A DNA stretch of 51,679 bases from Actinomycetes bacterium (GCA_021851165.1 JAJZJN010000002.1:1-51679), one strand, 5' to 3'; counted from the stretch's first letter, positions 1-8,845 are shown. Numbers and translations are program-made. Notes: a model not told the origin generated them from the letters alone.

Positions 1-93
1 CGGTCTTCGCAGCCGTGGCCCTGGTGGTCGGGGGCTTCGCTGCCGAGGGCTTTGCCGGTGCGGTCTTCGCAGCCGTGGCCCTGGTGGTCGGGG
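1..93. repeat. Coding direct repeat, 33 bp with 60-bp period
   Basis: cggtcttcgcagccgtggccctggtggtcgggg at 1-33 and 61-93; encodes PTTRATAAKT twice in the phasin-like tail. Confidence 0.9.
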
Positions 94-397
94 CACTCGT
101 CTCGCGCCCCATGGGCCTGCCTATCATTGTGGCGACCCGGCTGGCAAGAGAGTCGAGATTGGTCAACCCGAGATCCGATAGCTGGTCATGAACTTCCGAG
201 CGCACCTGAGCGACGAGAGTTTCCGAGCGCTCACGGCTTCTCTTGACAAGATCCTCAGCCCATTCCTGGGCCTTTCCTCGCTCCAACTCGCCGGAGCGCA
301 CCAGATCCCGCACGACCTCCTCTGCACGCGACCGGGTGATCTGCGTTAGGGCCATACCGGCCTGGATGTACCGCCGTAGAGCATCGTTTTGTGCCAT
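1..397 (-). CDS. Phasin-like helical protein with Ala/Lys/Pro/Thr-rich (histone-like) tail; 3' end runs off the window
   Basis: Not in the ORF track; translated by hand from ATG 397: MAQNDALRRYIQAGMALTQITRSRAEEVVRDLVRSGELERGKAQEWAEDLVKRSRE...APTTRATAAKTAPAKPSAAKPPTTRATAAKT. TAGCGT -10-like hexamer 7 nt upstream of the ATG. A phasin-like gene after a HAD-IIA gene matches the usual actinobacterial locus preceding tlyA. Confidence 0.75.
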   Translation of the reverse strand, partial: MAQNDALRRYIQAGMALTQITRSRAEEVVRDLVRSGELERGKAQEWAEDLVKRSRERSETLVAQVRSEVHDQLSDLGLTNLDSLASRVATMIGRPMGRETSAPTTRATAAKTAPAKPSAAKPPTTRATAAKT

Positions 398-407
398 GAC
401 CGATACG

Positions 408-1202
408 CTAGCCATCAAGGACGGCGGTCACCAACTCAGCAAGATTTCCATGCTGGAGGTCCGGGCTTGAACCACCAATGACGGCGTCGGTGGATGTCAC
501 ACCGGAGAGCACTAGCGCATAGGGGACATCGAGCTGCTTTGCCAGGACTCCATCGGTCGTGGGGCGGTCACCCACGACCACTGATATATCGGTTGCTCGG
601 GCCTTGATCAACTCCATCATTGCTCTATGTGGTTTACCTGCCACTTCGGGCACGCGTTCTGAAGCGGTCGCCACTGCTGCGAGCAGAGCACCTGTACCCG
701 GCAGCAGGCGATCCGGTGTCGGATGGGTGGGATCCTCGTTGGTGCCGATCAGCCGGGCTCCCCCGCGTACGGCGGCCATCGCGTCGCTCAGGAGGTCGAA
801 GTCGAACTGGCGTGCCCAACCGATCACGACTGCATCGGCGGGCGCTTCTCGCACTATATCCACTGCTCGCTCGGCAAGCGCCTGCGGGACCCCCGGTCCG
901 GCGTAAGCAAGGGCGGTGCTTCCTGGAGCGAGCATCGCTGCAGCCGCCTGGGCGGAGCTGACCAGATCGTCTACCTCCACACGTATGCCAGCATGCACCA
1001 GGCGGCCCAGCAGCTCCTCGCGTGTCGGTTCGGCATTGTTGGTGGCGAACAGGACGCCAATCCCGGCATCCTTCAGCCTGTTGACAGCCTCACCCGAGCC
1101 CGGTATCGGCACGCCGGCAAGCCACACGACACCGTCGAGGTCTATCACCCACGTGCCGCGTAGAAGCGCATCGCGGACTGATCTGGCTATGTGCTGTGCC
1201 AC
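408..1202 (-). CDS. HAD-IIA family hydrolase (NagD-like phosphatase)
   Basis: Motifs DLDGVVW, FATNN, AGKP, VGDRPTTD, VLSGVT. Start re-picked at GTG 1202; the ORF-track extension overlaps the MFS gene. Confidence 0.9.
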   Translation of the reverse strand: MAQHIARSVRDALLRGTWVIDLDGVVWLAGVPIPGSGEAVNRLKDAGIGVLFATNNAEPTREELLGRLVHAGIRVEVDDLVSSAQAAAAMLAPGSTALAYAGPGVPQALAERAVDIVREAPADAVVIGWARQFDFDLLSDAMAAVRGGARLIGTNEDPTHPTPDRLLPGTGALLAAVATASERVPEVAGKPHRAMMELIKARATDISVVVGDRPTTDGVLAKQLDVPYALVLSGVTSTDAVIGGSSPDLQHGNLAELVTAVLDG

Positions 1203-2464
1203 AGGTCCTCCGGCTCCTTGCCTCTTGTCTCGGGCAGAGCCCGGAAAAGCACTGTTACCAAGACAATAGGCGCGAACGTCACCAGACCGGCGAAGCCGAA
1301 GCGGTTGCCGACGTCTGCCATAGCACCGAACTCCACCAGGCCGACCGTCGCTCCGAGCACTCCGGCGGCAACCTGCCAGCCGGCCACCGATGCCCGTACC
1401 GATGTTGGAAAGAGCTCGTTGGACAGTGCTCCCGCAGCTGGGGCGAATGTGGCTCCGGAAAACACCCCGAGCTCGTAGCCCGCGACCAAGCCGATGCGCG
1501 ATCCGCTGTACGCGATGATGGCACACACCGCCAGAACGCCTAGAGCGCAGCCGGCAGTGATCCGCCTGCCGACATGGTCGGCCAGCCACCTACCGGCAAG
1601 GAGACCTCCGAGGCCTATAGCGCCCGCTCCGACGACCATCGCTGCGGTCATGGCCGCCGACATCTTGAGGACGCTTTGGGCATAGACGAACACGAAGCTG
1701 TTGGCAGGACCGGTAACCACCGCGACTGCGAATGCCAGGAGTGCGACGATCGCAAGCCTGCCTCTGTAGGGGCGCTCGATCGCACCGAGCACCGGGAGGC
1801 GCTCGGTACCGCCTGCCTCCGCGGCAACGAACCGGTCCGGCTCCTCGAGCCTGCGCGACAGCACGGGAAGCAGGAGGAGGGGAACCAGCGCCAGGCCCAA
1901 GAGCCCGCGAAAGCCGAGTGCCGTGTTGGCAATGCCATGCACGACGGCTACCAGTCCCGTCCCGACGGCGTATCCAGCAGCTATGAGGGCGATTGCCTTG
2001 GCTCTGTCGGCCGACGAGGTCTCCTCTGCAGCTCCCACCTGGGCAACTGCGCTCGTAGCACTAAGCGGAGGCCGTCCGACAGCGAAGATCGCCACGAACC
2101 ACCAATAGGAAGGACTTGCAGCCGCGAGCACCGTGAGGCCGAGCCCGATCGCGCATGTCCAGATCAGGACCTTGCGACGCCCTATCCTGTCTGCGAGTCC
2201 CGCCAGGGGGAGCCCGCCGAGCGATGCAAGCCTGATGATAGCGAGGCCGACACCCAGATCGGTCCCGGACAACCCTGCCTGGTCGGCGATCGTGGCACCC
2301 GGGCCGACCCGTCCGAAGCTCCGGGCGACGTTGGCGAGCGCAGCGATCACCCCGAACTGGCCGAAGCCTGCTGCCATCGCCAGAAGGGCGAGAGTGATGA
2401 CGGCTGGCTCGTTCCATCTATGGAGCCGGAGCCCACCTGGCACCTGGGAGGCTGGTTCCGGCAT
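1187..2464 (-). CDS. MFS transporter
   Basis: About 12 hydrophobic segments; GLADRIGRRK and WLADHVGRR motif A copies, ELFPTSVRA, terminal LPETRG. Confidence 0.9.
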   Translation of the reverse strand: MPEPASQVPGGLRLHRWNEPAVITLALLAMAAGFGQFGVIAALANVARSFGRVGPGATIADQAGLSGTDLGVGLAIIRLASLGGLPLAGLADRIGRRKVLIWTCAIGLGLTVLAAASPSYWWFVAIFAVGRPPLSATSAVAQVGAAEETSSADRAKAIALIAAGYAVGTGLVAVVHGIANTALGFRGLLGLALVPLLLLPVLSRRLEEPDRFVAAEAGGTERLPVLGAIERPYRGRLAIVALLAFAVAVVTGPANSFVFVYAQSVLKMSAAMTAAMVVGAGAIGLGGLLAGRWLADHVGRRITAGCALGVLAVCAIIAYSGSRIGLVAGYELGVFSGATFAPAAGALSNELFPTSVRASVAGWQVAAGVLGATVGLVEFGAMADVGNRFGFAGLVTFAPIVLVTVLFRALPETRGKEPEDLWHST

Positions 2465-2543
2465 GGTGCTGTCCGATGTTAGGCAACCTGTGAGCGGTGG
2501 ATGCGCCTTCCCATAGGCCTGCTTCTCGGCGTCGAGCGCGCAT

Positions 2544-2684
2544 TCACTCGACGCCACCGTCACACAGCGCTTCGACGGCGCACCCGCACCGGCCGCACCA
2601 CGCAACCGGTCGGTCCGGGTCCGAAGGGTGAACTAGTGCCCCGCATTTCTTGCAACGGTAGATAGTCGGAGACTGAGATATCAC
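2544..2684 (-). CDS. Candidate 46-aa zinc-ribbon microprotein
   Basis: MISQSPTIYRCKKCGALVHPSDPDRPVAWCGRCGCAVEALCDGGVE has two CxxCG knuckles; TACCAT lies 7 nt before the GTG (leaderless layout); fills an otherwise empty gap. Confidence 0.55.
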   Translation of the reverse strand: MISQSPTIYRCKKCGALVHPSDPDRPVAWCGRCGCAVEALCDGGVE

Positions 2685-2803
2685 GCTACCGATGGTAGCC
2701 ACTCCTGGTCGGCAGTAGGGCGATCGGCGTGGTGGCCCGCACCGTCCCGGGTGCCTTGTGTGCCCGGTAGGGCTTATCTCGGAGCGTTCCGGGCCCCTGT
2801 GAG

Positions 2804-3193
2804 TCAGCCTATGAACGACTCGATCTGCTTGACGAGCTTGTCCTCTATCTCGAGGTTCCATGCAGTCTCGGCAACGTCGACGACGAGGAACAGGCTGGAT
2901 ATGAGAAGTGTTTCTACCGCCATCACGCCCAGGTGCTCCAGCCACTTGCCGACCCCTATGCGCACGGTGAAGTCGTCCGGATCACCGGCAACGAGCACGG
3001 TGAGCGCACGATCTGCGTCGACTACGCCACCGAGGAATCCACCCTTCTTGGCCTGGATGACCGTGCCGTGCTTGCTCGGGGCAGAGGTCTGCACCGTAAA
3101 TCCCTCCTGGGTCAAGTAACCCTCGATCTTGGTCTGGAGGCTCGCAAGGTCTGTTCCCTTGCCTTGGAAGTGCTGAACCTTTTCACCGATCAT
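2804..3193 (-). CDS. Hypothetical protein (129 aa) with hydrophobic C-terminal segment
   Basis: Protein-like composition, GAGGA RBS before ATG 3193; divergent from sqr. Confidence 0.8.
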   Translation of the reverse strand: MIGEKVQHFQGKGTDLASLQTKIEGYLTQEGFTVQTSAPSKHGTVIQAKKGGFLGGVVDADRALTVLVAGDPDDFTVRIGVGKWLEHLGVMAVETLLISSLFLVVDVAETAWNLEIEDKLVKQIESFIG

Positions 3194-3300
3194 GCCGGTC
3201 CTCGTTTCCTCACTGGTTGGCCTTGTCGTGCAGTCCTGCACCCTAGTGCCATCCGCTCAGCGAGCGGCATCGGGTGCCACCTGTGGATGACCTACGACTT

Positions 3301-3314
3301 GGGTCCAAAGACCC
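3301..3314. promoter_or_regulatory. Palindromic operator candidate resembling a DosR/DevR box
   Basis: GGGTC-CAAA-GACCC inverted repeat 70 bp upstream of the sqr ATG; 11/14 match to the recalled GGGACTTTAGTCCC core. Confidence 0.35.
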
Positions 3315-3383
3315 TACGAATCCCCTGTTCAGCGATCCATACTCTGCTTACAGGGACTGGAGAACATCCGAAGGAGCGTGAGA

Positions 3384-4646
3384 ATGGCACACCAGATCGT
3401 GGTGCTCGGTGGTGGTACGGGTGGCACACTTACGGCCAATCGCCTGAGGCGCGCCTACGGGCAGAATGAAGCCAACATCGTGGTGGTCGATCAGAATGAC
3501 AGGCACATCTACCAGCCCGGACTGCTCTTCGTGCCCTTCGGGCTCGCTCACCCCGAGGACATTGTCCGGCCTCGCTCCAGGCAGCTCCTACCGGGCATCG
3601 AGCTGCACGTGAGCCCAGTGGACAAGGTCGACGTCGTCTCGGACAGCGTCCACCTCGCCGATGGCACCGTCCTTGCATATGACGCCCTCGTGGTAGCCAC
3701 CGGAGCGGTGTTGCAACCTCACGAGACCGAAGGGCTCACTGGCGAGGGATGGATGGAGCGCATGTTCACGTTCTATACACCGGAGGGCTCTGCCGCCCTC
3801 GAAGGAGCCCTCGCCCATTTCGATCGCGGCCACCTGGTCGTGAACTTCATCGATCTACCCATCAAGTGCCCGGTCGCGCCCCTCGAGTTCTGCTTCCTGG
3901 CCGACTGGTACTTCCACGAGCGCAAGATCCGTGACCAGGTCAAGATCAGCTTCGTGACACCACTGGACGGTGCCTTCACAAAGCCCGTCTCTTCCCGGGC
4001 ACTGGCGAGTCTGCTAGCCGAGAAGGATATCGAGCTCATAACCGAGTTCAATACCGGACAGGTCGACGGGGCATCGGGGAAGCTCGTTTCCTACGACGGC
4101 CGTGAGGTCCCCTTCGACCTCGGCGTGATCGTGCCGCTTCACGGAGGAGCCCCGTGGGTGTCCAATTCCCCCGGTCTTGGCGACGAGCTCGGTTTCGTGA
4201 TCACAGACGAGCACACCTTGCAGTCGAAGGCCTCGCCGAACATCTTCGTCATTGGTGACGCCGCCGGTGTTCCGACCTCGAAAGCCGGATCGGTGACACA
4301 CTTCGAAGGTGAGGTGGTGACCGAGAACGTCCAGCGGTTCCTGGCAGGCGAGCCGATTGACGGATCTTTCGATGGGCACTCGAACTGCTTCATAGAGACC
4401 GGCTTCTCGAAGGCGCTCCTGATCGACTTCAACTATGGTACGGAGCCACTCGAGGGACATTACCCGACAGACGTCGGCCTTCCCCTGCTGAAGGAATCTC
4501 GGCTAAATCATCTCGGTAAGCTCATGTTCCAGTGGTTTTACTGGCACGTGCTGCTCCCAGGGCGAGAGGTACCTGGAATCAAGTCGTCCATGCCTACTTC
4601 AGGTAAGAAGAAGCCAGTTGCTGCTAGCTCTCAGCCTGTACCGTGA
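3384..4646 (+). CDS. sqr: Sulfide:quinone oxidoreductase-like flavoprotein (type III/SqrC-like)
   Basis: FAD motif VVLGGGTGG, HIYQPG, KCPVAPLEF, IFVIGDAA, NCFIETG (two conserved Cys); AAGGAG RBS; adjacent to sulfur-relay genes. Confidence 0.85.
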   Translation: MAHQIVVLGGGTGGTLTANRLRRAYGQNEANIVVVDQNDRHIYQPGLLFVPFGLAHPEDIVRPRSRQLLPGIELHVSPVDKVDVVSDSVHLADGTVLAYDALVVATGAVLQPHETEGLTGEGWMERMFTFYTPEGSAALEGALAHFDRGHLVVNFIDLPIKCPVAPLEFCFLADWYFHERKIRDQVKISFVTPLDGAFTKPVSSRALASLLAEKDIELITEFNTGQVDGASGKLVSYDGREVPFDLGVIVPLHGGAPWVSNSPGLGDELGFVITDEHTLQSKASPNIFVIGDAAGVPTSKAGSVTHFEGEVVTENVQRFLAGEPIDGSFDGHSNCFIETGFSKALLIDFNYGTEPLEGHYPTDVGLPLLKESRLNHLGKLMFQWFYWHVLLPGREVPGIKSSMPTSGKKKPVAASSQPVP

Positions 4647-4687
4647 ATTGCCAGCCATGATCTCATATAAATACGAAAGGGGTTGCT

Positions 4688-5005
4688 ATGCCATCGAAGA
4701 TGATTGCTGGTGAAGATGTCGAACTTACCGATGACGGTTTCTTCGTGCATCCGGAGCAGTGGAAGGAGGACATGGTTCCCGATCTTGCCAAGGAAGAGGG
4801 AATAGATACCTTGACTGACCAGCACTGGCAGGTCATCCACTTCATGCGTAAGGAGTACCTGGAGAAGGGTGAGGGCCCGACGGTGCGGGTACTTGGGAAG
4901 ACCTCAGGGGTGTCAGTGAAAGAGCTCTACCAGCTATTTCCCAAGGGTCCCGCGAAGGTAGCGGCGAAGATAGCCGGAATTCCGAAGCCTATAGGATGCA
5001 TCTGA
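4688..5005 (+). CDS. tusE: TusE/DsrC family sulfur-relay protein
   Basis: DDGFF..PEQW, LTDQHWQVIHFMR, LYQLFPKGPAKVAAKIAGIPKPIGCI with penultimate Cys. Confidence 0.92.
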   Translation: MPSKMIAGEDVELTDDGFFVHPEQWKEDMVPDLAKEEGIDTLTDQHWQVIHFMRKEYLEKGEGPTVRVLGKTSGVSVKELYQLFPKGPAKVAAKIAGIPKPIGCI

Positions 5006-5040
5006 GTCGACTCTTACATACTCGATAGGAGTGTATTCAC

Positions 5041-5508
5041 ATGGGTGAGCAGATCGAGAAGGTGTCGGTCGTAATCTCCAAGGGATCTCTTGATGGAATA
5101 TATCCTGGACTAATAATGGCTAATGGGGCTCGAGCTGAGGGTATTGAAGTTAACATGTTCTTTACCTTCTTTGGCTTGGACGCAATCAATAAGAAACGCC
5201 ATGAACATATCAAGATGGCATCTGTGGGTAATCCTGGTATTCATCTCGCAACCTGGTTGGGAGGTTTTCCAGGTGTATCGAGTGTCATGACCAAATATAT
5301 GGAAAAGCAGATGGACAAGCTGGACATACCATCGTTGCCAGAGTTCGTCGAGATGATTGCAGACACCGGAGCCGGAATGTATGCCTGTAAGGCCTCTGTA
5401 GATCTATTCGGTCTGGATCCAAGCGACTTCGTCGATCAAGTGGAGGCTATCATCACCGTAGGCGATTTCTATGAAAAGGCGGCTGGAGGCCAGATCATAT
5501 TTACATGA
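5041..5508 (+). CDS. dsrE: DsrE/DsrF/DrsH-like (DsrE2-type) sulfurtransferase family protein
   Basis: MFFTFFGL, IPSLPEFVEM, YACKASVDLFG, C-terminal QIIFT; ATAGGAG RBS. Confidence 0.88.
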   Translation: MGEQIEKVSVVISKGSLDGIYPGLIMANGARAEGIEVNMFFTFFGLDAINKKRHEHIKMASVGNPGIHLATWLGGFPGVSSVMTKYMEKQMDKLDIPSLPEFVEMIADTGAGMYACKASVDLFGLDPSDFVDQVEAIITVGDFYEKAAGGQIIFT

Positions 5509-5581
5509 GCATCTATGGCAGGAACAGACGACGGGGTCCAGCACTTACGTCCCGATACGTCTATTGGGTGGGCGCATGCTG

Positions 5582-6778
5582 TTACAAGGTGAGCGCCAGG
5601 ATCTGTCCGGTATCGTCGGTCAGGAGCTGGAGGCCGTCGACGGCGGTGAGGCGCGCCGCATCGGACCGGACAGGTTCGCGTCGGCCGCCAATCGACGTAA
5701 GCCAGGTACCCTCTCCGCCTATCACCAGCACGTCGGATCCTTCGCGCATCACCACAGGCCCACTCGGGCCTTCTGACACGCATACGCGCCCTGTTCGAAG
5801 TGCAGGCAGGATGCCGTCGTCGGCAACCTCTATCCACGTCGTCGGCGACCCCGGTGCCTTGTCGGATCCCACCCTGTGGAAGTCGCTTCCCCCTATGGGC
5901 CGTGCACAGCCCCATCTCATCCACCAGGCCAGCGGCTCCTCGCTCTGGCGGTCCCAGCTCGAGTGCCATACCTCTGCCAGGGGGGGCACTGCCGTTGTCC
6001 GGCGGCGCCATCCGAGGTCACCGTCTACGGGGTGATTGATGGACAGCACTCCCCCGGCACGCTCCACGGAGGAGAGCCACTGGTCGGCATCACGTCGGAA
6101 GTCGATCCAACCCGTCCGTCCGAAGCAATTCGCATGGCCCTCGTCGGTAGTGAGCTCCTGCCCCGGAAGCAGCTCGACTCCGCTGTAAGCGCTCAGCTCG
6201 CGCAAGTAGGGGTGGTGGCTAACGGTGTTGTGATCGGTGACCGCGAGGAAGTCGAGGCCGCGAGACCTGGCCACCAGGGCGAGATCCATTATCTCGAGGG
6301 CTCCGTCGGAGTGGACGCTGTGGGTGTGGAAGTCCCCAGCCAGCCAGCGCCTCCCGGGCAGTGAGGGCAACAGGCGGCGGGGTGGGCGCTCAGGTAGGGG
6401 TGGGCGCTCCCCTGGCTCGACCATCGGCGAGGCCGAGAGCCTGGATACCTCTACGGTGTATTCGAGGCCGCTGTCTGGAATCCGGTAGAGTCCGAGGCAT
6501 ACCGACCAGCATCCCGGCTCTAGCTCGCCGGGAAGGTAGCCCGGCGTTGCCCACCCGCGCGACACGATAACGCTCGATCGCACGCCTCCGGACCAGCCAC
6601 GAAAGCCAAACGGGGCGAACAGGCCCAGGTCGAGGACCCCGGCGCCACGATCATAGTCGAGCGTGAAGCTGATTCCCTCGACGCCACCGGGCAGTTCAAA
6701 GGCAAGGTAGCGGTAGGTGCTCTCGGCCCGATCCTCTGGCATCCAGCGACCGTGGAAGCGTGCAAGCCGGTCAGCCAC
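5582..6778 (-). CDS. CehA/McbA family PHP-domain metallohydrolase
   Basis: GDFHTHSVHSDG, AVTDHN, GQELTT..GHAN, INHP, GGSDFH; N-terminal GFRGWSGG/ATPGYLPG domain; GGAGG RBS before GTG 6778. Confidence 0.88.
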   Translation of the reverse strand: MADRLARFHGRWMPEDRAESTYRYLAFELPGGVEGISFTLDYDRGAGVLDLGLFAPFGFRGWSGGVRSSVIVSRGWATPGYLPGELEPGCWSVCLGLYRIPDSGLEYTVEVSRLSASPMVEPGERPPLPERPPRRLLPSLPGRRWLAGDFHTHSVHSDGALEIMDLALVARSRGLDFLAVTDHNTVSHHPYLRELSAYSGVELLPGQELTTDEGHANCFGRTGWIDFRRDADQWLSSVERAGGVLSINHPVDGDLGWRRRTTAVPPLAEVWHSSWDRQSEEPLAWWMRWGCARPIGGSDFHRVGSDKAPGSPTTWIEVADDGILPALRTGRVCVSEGPSGPVVMREGSDVLVIGGEGTWLTSIGGRREPVRSDAARLTAVDGLQLLTDDTGQILALTL

Positions 6779-7943
6779 CGGCTCCTCCCGCTGCGGTTCC
6801 GATGGCCCCGGTGCCTGCATCCTTGGCTAGCGCGTGCGGCGCCACCCGCGGCGGGGCGGCAGCATTCTGGCCACGAATCCGCTCTCCGGTGGACGGATCG
6901 AACACGAGGACCCTCTCTGGGTTCGGAACAGCCCATCTGAGGTCTCCGAGCTGAACCGCGTCGTCTATGTTCACCTTCGCCCTGATGGTGACGCCCCCGC
7001 CTTCAAGTGTCACCAGGTCGTCGTCGCCCAGGTGCTCTACCAGGACCACGCTCCCCTCGAAGCCCCCGGTCTGCGCAGCATCGGAGAGGCTGACGTGCTC
7101 GGGTCGCACTGCGACAGTCACCTGCCTCCCGCTCGAAAGGCCGGCCTGGGTTCCACTCGGGATGCCAATCCGATTGTCCCCCACCCTCAGCACCCCCGTG
7201 TCGACCTTCGCTTCGAGCAGGTTGATCGGTGTGGCTCCCATGAAACCTGCAACGAACAGGTTGTCCGGGCGCAGGTAAACCTCCACCGGTGGCCCCACCT
7301 GACGTATCACGCCGCGCTCCATGACGGCCATCCTGTCGGCTAGAGCCAGTGCTTCGGACTGGTCGTGTGTGACGTAGATGGTCGTCACCGCCAACTCCTG
7401 TTGGAGCCGCTTCAAGAAGATCCTCGCCTCCATGCGCAACTGGGCGTCGAGGTTCGACAGGGGCTCGTCGAGCAGGAACACCTTTGCACGGCTCGTAATG
7501 GCCCTTGCCAGCGCAACGCGCTGCTGCTGGCCACCCGACAGCTCGGCTGGGCGGCGCTTCAGGTACTGGTCCAGCCCGAGGCTCGCAGCAGTCCTGGAAG
7601 CGGCCTCCAGGCGCTGAGCCTTCGGCACATGGCGGATCTTCAGGGGGTACGCGATGTTGTCCGCCACGGTCATGTGGGGTAGCAGCGCGTAGTCCTGGAA
7701 CACCATCGCTATCCCACGACCCCCCGGCGGGGTCCTGGTAACGTCCCGCCCTCCTATCAGCACCTTGCCCGAAGTCGGCCGCTCCAGACCCGCGATGCTT
7801 CTAAGCAGGGTGGTCTTGCCGCAGCCCGACGGGCCGAGAAGAGCGAAGAACTCCCCTTCCTCCACGGCGAGGTCTAGCTGATCGAGGGCCTTCACCCCGC
7901 CGGCGAACTCCTTCGTCAGAGCCTCTACGGCTACGTCCGCCAT
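6771..7943 (-). CDS. Carbohydrate ABC transporter ATP-binding protein (MalK/MsmX-like)
   Basis: GPSGCGKTT, VFQDYAL, LSGGQQQRVA, LLDEPLSNLDA, YVTHDQ, C-terminal TOBE domain; TGATG coupling to the permease. Confidence 0.95.
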   Translation of the reverse strand: MADVAVEALTKEFAGGVKALDQLDLAVEEGEFFALLGPSGCGKTTLLRSIAGLERPTSGKVLIGGRDVTRTPPGGRGIAMVFQDYALLPHMTVADNIAYPLKIRHVPKAQRLEAASRTAASLGLDQYLKRRPAELSGGQQQRVALARAITSRAKVFLLDEPLSNLDAQLRMEARIFLKRLQQELAVTTIYVTHDQSEALALADRMAVMERGVIRQVGPPVEVYLRPDNLFVAGFMGATPINLLEAKVDTGVLRVGDNRIGIPSGTQAGLSSGRQVTVAVRPEHVSLSDAAQTGGFEGSVVLVEHLGDDDLVTLEGGGVTIRAKVNIDDAVQLGDLRWAVPNPERVLVFDPSTGERIRGQNAAAPPRVAPHALAKDAGTGAIGTAAGGAGG

Positions 7944-8845
7944 CAGCCCTTGATACCTCCGTAGAAGCGAAACCCGTAGCGGCGCTGGACGAGAAGGTAG
8001 ATCACGACCACCGGGAGCGTGTAGAGCAGGGAGAACGTCGATATGAGCCTCAGGTTGGCCTGGCCACCCGAAGTGTAGAAGCTGTATATCTCGACTGCTG
8101 CAGGCGTAAGACCGGGGCTCCGTAGCAATATGAATGGGATCAGGAAGTTGCCCCATACATTGACCACGGCCCATACGCCGATCACAGCGAGCCCGGGGCG
8201 AACCGAGGGTCCCACCACGTCCCACAGCATCCGCAGGGGGCTCGCCCCGAACACTCGAGCCGATTCCTCGTAGCTCCTCGGGATCGAGTCCATGAAGTCC
8301 TTCAGGATGAAGATCCCGGCCGGCAGGAGGCCTGCAGCGAGAACGAGCACCACCCCTGCGTCGGTGTTGATCAGGTGCATGTCGAACACGAGTAGGAACA
8401 ACGGGACCATGGCCGCCGTCCCGCTCACCACCGATGAGAGCAGCAGCAGCACGTACAGCATGACGTCGCGCCCTGGCAGGTTGACACGGCTGAGAGCGTA
8501 AGCGGCAAGCGCTGAGGCCCCGACCACGATGAGCATCGTGAGCAGCGACAGGATCAACGAGTTATACAGCGAGGACAGTGCGTTCGGATTGTGAAAGACA
8601 TCGACGAAATTGGAGAGCGTGAGGTGGGACAAGCCCACGTCGAACCCGGGGTGCGCCTCGAAGGGCGCCGTTACCAGCCACAGCATCGGCAGCGCGAAGA
8701 AGGCAGCCACTACGACACCCAGCACATACCAGATGCTGCGAACGGCGACCGCTCTGGCCCACTCGGGCTTCCCCCGGTTGCTCGGTGGCGCCACATCGAG
8801 CTGGCCATCCCCACTGTGCTCAACTGGGATCCCGATGACGGTCAC
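7943..8845 (-). CDS. Carbohydrate ABC permease (MalG-like)
   Basis: EAA loop IPRSYEESARVFGAS; transmembrane pattern; GTGA overlap with the upstream gene. Confidence 0.92.
   Translation of the reverse strand: MTVIGIPVEHSGDGQLDVAPPSNRGKPEWARAVAVRSIWYVLGVVVAAFFALPMLWLVTAPFEAHPGFDVGLSHLTLSNFVDVFHNPNALSSLYNSLILSLLTMLIVVGASALAAYALSRVNLPGRDVMLYVLLLLSSVVSGTAAMVPLFLLVFDMHLINTDAGVVLVLAAGLLPAGIFILKDFMDSIPRSYEESARVFGASPLRMLWDVVGPSVRPGLAVIGVWAVVNVWGNFLIPFILLRSPGLTPAAVEIYSFYTSGGQANLRLISTFSLLYTLPVVVIYLLVQRRYGFRFYGGIKG

Noticed and set aside
4688-5508. Evidence for dissimilatory sulfate reduction or reverse Dsr
   Set aside because: No dsrAB or dsrMK here, and the DsrC-like protein lacks the second Cys.
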